Shown here piece by piece: positions 56,461 to 64,000 of a DNA stretch of 64,000 nucleotides. How positions within the stretch are numbered: position 1 is the first letter of the stretch; every line of letters starts with the position of its first letter. Below the pieces are notes generated by a model. The model was not told the origin of the DNA. It made no database searches and worked only from the letters and a program-made list of their open reading frames with translations. Origin of the DNA: Octopus vulgaris (lineage: Eukaryota); the NCBI GenBank assembly GCA_951406725.2, contig OX597815.1, forward strand, positions 125,488,001-125,552,000. Reading direction: 5' to 3'. A program made the translations under genes and the position numbers.

Positions 56461-57683
56461 ACTGCCGTGTGTGTACATGTACGTGTAGGTGCTTGTGCCT
56501 CTCCCAAAAAGAGAGAGAGGATGCATAGTTTATACACATGAAACTATGCTAGTTTAGTCTACCTTAAATACATTCATTCATGAGGTCAGTGTTATCTGAA
56601 TTTTTAAAATGTTTAGACTGAGAATACATGACTCCTCCAAATGTCACTGGTATTTATTTTCAGCTGAGTGTACTGGAACAATATAAAATAAAGTCTGTTG
56701 CTGAAAGAAAGCATATTCCACCCAATTCAAGAACTGAACTCACTACCTGATGGTCACAAGCCCAATACTCTAGTCACTGGACCATGTGCCTTCACTAATC
56801 TGGTTTTGTCAAATAAAATATTTACCTGACTATTAATTTTTGTATTCATCATCATCATCGTCCACTTTCCATGCTGGCATGGGTTGGACAGTTTGACTGA
56901 GGGCTGGTGAACCAGAGGCTGCACCAGGCTCAATCTGATCTGGCAAAGTTTCTACAGCTGGATGCCCTTCCTAATGCCAACCACTCCGAGAGTGTAGTGG
57001 ATGCTTTTACGTGCCACCGGCATGAGGGGCCAGTCAGGTGGCTCTGGCAACAACCACACTCAAAAGGTGTTTTTACGTGCTACCTGCCCGGGAGCCAGTC
57101 CAGAGACACTGGCAATGACCATGCTCAAATGTTGTTTTTCATGTGCCACCAGCACATGTGCTGGTAAAGCGACACTGGCAACGATCACACTTGAATGGTG
57201 CTTTTCACATGTCACCAGCACGGGAGCCAATCCATTGCACTGGCAGTGATCACACTATTATGATAATAAATTAGCACACCAAGCAAAAAGCTTAGCAGCA
57301 TTTTGTCTGTCTTTTTTTTCTGAGTCAAAATTCTGCTGATATTGACTTTGACTTTCATCTTTTTGGGGTCAATAAAATGAGTAGTGGTTGAGCACTGGAG
57401 GTCAATGTAAATAACTTACTCCATCCTCCAAACTTGCTGGTCTTGTATCAAAACTTGAAACCATTATTATTATAATGAATTTAAGATAAGACTGACAATA
57501 ATAAACCAGCTTCTACATGCAGCCCATAATCAAAACAAGATTCAGGTATAATGGCAAGACTATGTAGGGACCTTGGTTTGAAGTTTAATATTGGTGACTT
57601 ATTGCAGCCCTGCGATCAATAGAATTCCTTTGATTCTTCCTTTGATTTTTATGCTTTTTACACTTTTCTTTTCTCCTATATTT

Positions 57684-58071
57684 TGTTATCATGTCCACGA
57701 TCCACCCACAGCCAGTTTTTGGAACTTATATCTGTTGTTAGTGGGCTCTAAGGGTAGTTGTCTTACTGTCTCTGCATGAATGTTTCTCACTGTTGTGCGA
57801 GAGTACAATGCTTCCCCACCCTGGTGAGAATGGACTGGACCACTACATATAAATAGCAGCAGTTTGAGTAAGTGAGGTAATTCATGCAAGTTCCACAGTT
57901 CGTGTGTTGATAGTTCAAAGTTGGACTTCAAAGTTTACAGTTCGAGTTAGCGTGTTGTATTGTTGGTTCTTAAAAGATTGTTGTAACATGCCGTGTGGTT
58001 ACTGCCGTTTGTTTCAACTGTATTGTTATTATACTGTTGCAGTGTATTCATTTATCCATAAGGATATAACA
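57684..58071 (+). mobile_element. Possible solo LTR
   Basis: TGTTAT...ATAACA termini, TATAAATAG, similarity to 26209-26596; no TSD seen. Confidence 0.4.
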
Positions 58072-60101
58072 CTCACTCATCATCTCTCTCTAATCTTTTA
58101 TCATTTATCTTTTACTTGTTTCAGTCATTAGACTGTGGTCATACTGGGGCACCACCTTCAAGAGTTTTTAGTCAAATGAATCGACCCCAGTACTTAATTT
58201 TTTTAAAACCTGGTACTTATTCTATCTGTTTTTTTGTTGAACCACCAAGTTACAGAGGATGTAAACACACCAGTACTAGTTGTTAATCTGTGGTTGGAGA
58301 GAGAGACACACAGATACAAAGACACACACACACACACATGTCAGGCTTCTTCATTCAGTTTTCACTTATCAAATCCACTCAGAAGGCTTTTGGTCAGCCT
58401 GAGGCTATGGTAGAAGACACTTGTCCAAGGTGCTATGCAGTGGGGCTGAACCTGAAATCATGTGCTTTGGAAGTAAGCTTCTTACCACACAGCAACAGCT
58501 GCACCGAATGTGCAACTTCCTTTGATTTTCTGTTCTATTAAAAGTCATTAACTTTGATTTGCAGCCATTGTTCAACTTACATACCTTATGCCCAATAAGA
58601 AAGGTGTAGTTGTCATAGAATGTTGCATAGTTTTGTTTCCCTGGTTAGGGGATGGCAGGGGATCGAGACTTCTGGCAGTTTGCTGTGTTTGAAAAGATAC
58701 GTCAAGCTAAGTAAAAGTGTGGCTGTCCTCTGCAATCCCTCTCCAGCTGAGCATTCCTAACCTTGTGGGCTTGTGGGTGCTGGTGCCATGTGAAAAGCAC
58801 CTGGTTCTATGTAAATGCACCTATGCTGGTGCTGTGTAAAAGCACCCAGTACACTCTGTAAACTGGTTGGTGATAGGAAGGGCATCCAGCTATAAAACCC
58901 TTGACAAAACTGACTTCACTTGTGCTTGTGTCAAAACAGACATGAAGCCCAGAAAGCTCTTCAGCTGGCCAGTTCCTGTCAAACCATCCAACTCATTCCA
59001 GCATGGAAAATAGGCGTTCAATGAGGATGAGGATGATGATGATGATATGATGATCTAAATATCTGTAGATTTATATACATAAATATCTGTACATATGCAA
59101 GGATAACACGCAAATTTGTGAAGCGTTCCATATTTTTCACAATAGGTATAAGCATGGCTGTGTGGTAAAAGGCTTGCTTCCCAAACACATGGTTCTGTGT
59201 TCAGTCTCACTGAGTGGCACTTTGAGCAAGTGTCTTCTACTATAGCCTCAGGCCAACCAAAGCCTTGAGAATGGATTTGGTAGACAGAAACTGAAAGAAG
59301 CCAATCATATGTATATACATGTATATATGCATGCTAATACAAGACCCACATTAAACTCCTCATTCGTATCACTATGGAACCATGGTCTGTCCCTAGCACT
59401 TAGCATTACCTCCCACTCTTTGGGTCTTCTAGATACCAATACCTTTTATATATATATATATGTGTGTGTGTATGTGTGTGTGTACATATACTACATATAC
59501 TACATATATATATGTGTGTGTGTGAGTATGTATATGTATGTGTCTTTGTGTTTGTGTTCATCCCCCACCGCTGCATGACAACCAGTGTTGGTTTGTTTAC
59601 ATCCCTGTAATTTGGTGCTTTGGCTTTGCCAAAAAGTACTGCGATTAATTGTTTGACTAAAATTCCTAAAATTCTTCAAGGTGGTAGGTATGCCAACATG
59701 GCTGCAGACTAATGACTAAGACCCATAAAATATAAAAGATAAAGATATAATTAAATATCTGTACTTGTGTTGGGCCTCACAGAGGGGAGGTAGCTGAGTT
59801 TCTTTCAAGCATAGGGCCTCACGGAGGCAATGACTAAGACCTTTGGCATTATGTTTTGCTTGAGAAGAAGACCCATCAAACCAAACAAAATTACAGTCAT
59901 GGCAGATACTGGTTTCACTTAAATGGCACCTGTGCCAGTGACATGTAAAAGCACCCATTACACTCTTGGAGTGGTTGGCGTTAAGAAAGGCATCAAACCA
60001 CAGAAAACCATGCCAAATCAGACGGGAACCTGGTGCAGCCTTCCAGCTTGCCAGCCTAGTCAAACTGTCCAGCCTATGCCAGCATGGACAATGGACGTTA
60101 A

Positions 60102-60134
<33 letters not shown>

Positions 60135-60869
60135 TTGATGATGACGTATAAGTATATGAAATAAATATAAAAAATAAAAATGATTTCAACTTGAAGTTCA
60201 TGAGTGGTAGCTTATTCCTGAGGATCGTGCCATATGCAAAGCTATCTATTGTAGTTGGGAAAGGCAATGAGCTGGCTGAAACATTAGCACGCCAGGTGAA
60301 GTGCTTGGTGGTATTTTGTCTGTCTTTACATTCTGAGTTCAAATTCTGCTGAGGTCGACTTTGCTTTTCATCCTTTTGGGGTCGATAAATTACGTACCAG
60401 TTGTGTGCTGGGGTTGATCTTATCGAGTGCCCCCCCCCCCACAACCCCAACAAATTTCAGGCCTTGTGCCAGGAGTAGAAAAGAATATCTATTGTAGTTG
60501 AGAACAACAATCAAACAAACCTTGAAGTAAAAAAAGGTAAAGTTATTTCTCAAATTATATAGACACATCAGGGCAGTTTCCTGGTTTCCATGATATATAT
60601 GTATGCAAACTGGACGGAATGCCAGTCCTTCAGAGGATAACTTATTTATACTAGCTGAGTGGACTGGAGCAATATGGAATGAAGTGTCTTGCTCAAGAAC
60701 ATAATGCATTGCCCAGTCCAGGAACTGAAACCGTGATCATATAATAATGAGTCCAACACCCTAAACACTAAACCATGTGCCTCCACAGACACCTTGATTT
60801 TACAATTTACTTGTGGTTTAACATTACACACACAACATCATAATATATATGTGTGTGTGCGCGGGTGCA

Positions 60870-60909
<40 letters not shown>

Positions 60910-60910
<1 letters not shown>

Positions 60911-61497
60911 CATCATCATTGCCTACATTGCTGACATCGACCAGGTTTGGATGGTGCCTTTTATGTGCCACTGGCACGGGGAGCCACTCAGGTGGAACTG
61001 GTAATGACCCACGCATGAATGGTGCTTATTGTATGCCACTAGCATGAGATCCAGTCAGACAGCACTAACATCAGCCACAAGTACAATTTCCATTTGATTG
61101 CGATTTGATTTTTGATTTGATTTTTGATTTTGATTTTGATTTTGATTTTGATTTTGATTTTGATTTTACTTGACTCAATAGGCCTCCTCAAACATGGCCT
61201 GTCACCCAACGATTCAAAGGTACTTTGTATATAGGCTGGTTATATGACACTGGTATAAGCTGCGGATGTGATATCACTTTACTTGCCGTGTCTTCTCAAT
61301 CATAGCATATCTCAAGAGGTCTTGGTCTTTTGTTATTGCCTCTGTGAGGCCCAACGTTTGAAGGTCATGCTTCACCACCTCATCCCAAGTCTTTCTGGCT
61401 CTCCCTCTTCCATGGGTTCCTTCCACTGTTAGGGAGTGACACTTCTTCACACATCTCTCTTCATCCATACACAGCACATGACCATACCAGCACAGTC
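60910..61497 (-). mobile_element. RTE-type LINE 3' end (ORF C-terminus + 3'UTR with (AAAATC)n)
   Basis: [42 protein letters not shown]...; typical RTE C-terminal WxGHV..RxRGRP.KTW signature. Confidence 0.85.
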
Positions 61498-61598
61498 GTA
61501 TATATATATATATATATATCTATATATATATGTGTGTGTGTATGTGTGTGTATATATATATATGTATATATATGTGTGTGTGTGTGTGTATATATATG

Positions 61599-61645
<47 letters not shown>

Positions 61646-61648
61646 GTT

Positions 61649-61732
<84 letters not shown>

Positions 61733-62262
61733 TATATATATTCCTTTCGAGCATTGGGCCTCACAGAGGCAATGACAAATTACCAAGATCTGTGGCAATA
61801 TGCTGTGCTTGAAAGGTGGTGTGCTAGCAGAAACGTTAGCATGCCGAGCGAAATGCTTAGCAGTATTTCATCTGCTGAAGTCATCTTTGCCTTTCATCCT
61901 TCGGGGTAGATAAATTAAATACCAGTTGTGTACTGGGGTCGATCTAATCGACTAGCCCTCTCCCCGCAAATTTCAGGCCTTGTATCAAGAGTAGAAAAGA
62001 ATGTGCCGTGCTTGAGTAGAAAACCCATCAAGCCAAGTGAAATCATAGTTGTGGCAGACACTGGTGTCATGCAACTGGCACCCATGCTGGTGGCACGTAA
62101 AAGCAGCCAATGCACTCTTGGAGTGGGTGGCATTAGGAAGGGCAGCCAGCTGTAGAAACCAAGCCAAATCAGACCAGAGACTGGTGCAGCCCCTCAGCTG
62201 ACCAGCTCTGGGCAAATCATACAACCCATGCCAGCATGGACAATGGACATTAAATGATGATG

Positions 62263-62294
<32 letters not shown>

Positions 62295-62325
62295 CATCAT
62301 CATCATTTAATGTTCATTGTCCATA

Positions 62326-62364
<39 letters not shown>

Positions 62365-62949
62365 ATAAATCAATAGATAGTTGATTGATAGATATACAGA
62401 CAACTATCTTCTACATTCTACATATCAACGTAGTTATCTCCCTTGTATTTCTATTCAGCTGGATGCTGTCAGAAACGTACTGTTCAACACGATGGAAACA
62501 ATACACATTTATGTAAAGCGGCATTTTGGTATCTAAGGCTGAGCAACAAGCTACTACATTCAACTTTCTCCTTTATCAATAATTTTTTTCATTAATTGCT
62601 ATTTATTCCTGCAGATCTCCATTGTCCACACAGCTAGAGTTCATTTCAGTTTTGATAGAATCAAATAAATGCATTTTTCAGTTTATTACAGGTCATCTTT
62701 TTCAGAGATAGAATTGTAATTAACACTAATTAGCACTGCCAACCAACAAAAATATGAACAGAATCAAATTTTATCAATCATTGCTACACTTGACAAAACT
62801 GCAAAGTGAATTTGCTTCTTTGAGAGACAGTTAAGTATGTTGGTCATGGACAGACACAACACACAGACAAGGGAGACCAGATATCAAGCATTACTGGGTG
62901 TCTGGGTCTTTATTGATTCATCCATCCATACTCTTATTGAATTGTAACA

Positions 62950-63350
62950 CATACGACCACCACCACGACCACGACCACCACATTCTCCTCCTCGTCATCG
63001 TCATCGTCATCGTTGTCATCATCATCATCACAATTATCATCATCATCATCATCATAGCTATCACTAATGTTTTCTTCACATTTATTGCAATCATCATTTT
63101 AATGGACCCCATGGCCACTCTTATAATTCCACCACCACCACCACCACCACCGCTACCACCACTACAACCATCACTATTACCAACAATATCATACTATCAT
63201 ATACCACAACCACTCCCACTATTGCCTCCACTGCCACCAACACTGCTGTTGTTACTGTCACCACCACCATCACCACAATCAACATCACCACTACTACTCC
63301 CTTCCTCCTACTCCCTCCTCTTCCTCCTCCTCCTCTTCCCTCATCATCAT
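62950..63350. repeat. (CAT)n/(ACC)n/(CCT)n low-complexity tract
   Basis: Direct reading; source of the spurious 186-aa ORF. Confidence 0.9.
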
Positions 63351-63395
63351 CATTTTAATAAAAACTGTTATAACCACTATCAATTTAATGGCTAT

Positions 63396-63430
<35 letters not shown>

Positions 63431-63622
63431 TATTTTTCCAGGCAGATGTGATGATTAGGTTCACCCTGACATTCACTATAATCCTTTATCCTTAGCATTC
63501 TAAGGTCTGACTTCTCTACTCCTACCTTGAACTTTATTCACTGCACCCCTGCTGTGAATAAATAAATTCTACAATCATTATAGTGCACATGCATGCATAT
63601 TCATGTTCACACACACACAATC

Positions 63623-63689
<67 letters not shown>

Positions 63690-63692
<3 letters not shown>

Positions 63693-64000
63693 TTGCCGTC
63701 GACTTACGACCACAATTGGTTCTGACTAACTGGTCGTAAGTCGGCCTATAGGCCTACATAGCTTTGTTTTATATTTTTACATTCTTAATGTACATTCTCA
63801 GGTAAAAGTCACACACAACATTATACTGGCATTAGTAAGATTTTTGGGAGTTTCAAGCAGTCGTCTTATAAACATTGAGGTTGCCTCAATGTCTCCACGA
63901 CAGTCATCCAACACAGTGGCGACCGATAGCCAAACCTAGAAGAAGCCTTTGTTAGCTGACATCACCCGTAGACGGATTAATTTCTAAGAAATTAAACCCA
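63690..64000. mobile_element. Tigger/pogo-like DNA transposon end, running off the window
   Basis: After (TA)n: AGGTTGCCGTCGACTTACGACC..GGTCGTAAGTCGG, a Tigger-like TIR with an inverted subterminal repeat. Confidence 0.6.

Noticed and set aside
56103-64000. Search for upstream GPR158-like (Cache/DINQC-type) exons
   Set aside because: No exon with suitable splice sites and motif was found; it probably lies beyond the window, though a small exon could have been missed.

Overview
AT-rich, microsatellite-dense eukaryotic genomic DNA. The repeat families resemble those of octopus/coleoid cephalopods, which is an inference. The only host gene I can support is a minus-strand, multi-exon class C GPCR of the GPR158/GPR179 (Drosophila CG31760-like) family. 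Eight GT-AG exons between 56102 and 24907 splice in frame to about 502 aa: an EGF-like/Cys-rich stalk, 7TM, the DPEDIRxELKxLYxQL coiled-coil and a short His-rich tail. I did not find the N-terminal Cache-domain exons, which probably lie beyond base 64000. The rest is intron or intergenic sequence filled with tRNA-derived SINEs, RTE/R4-Dong/HERO/I-like LINE remnants, Penelope-like element (PLE) remnants, hAT/piggyBac/pogo MITEs, a non-autonomous Helitron and simple repeats. Almost all ORFs in the supplied track are microsatellite artefacts. The most notable hidden structure is a set of PLE-type minimal hammerhead-ribozyme motifs in the GPCR introns. One inverted pair sits inside a foldback element next to a perfect 97-bp-arm palindrome, and one tandem pair lies 167 bp apart in the sense orientation of the pre-mRNA.
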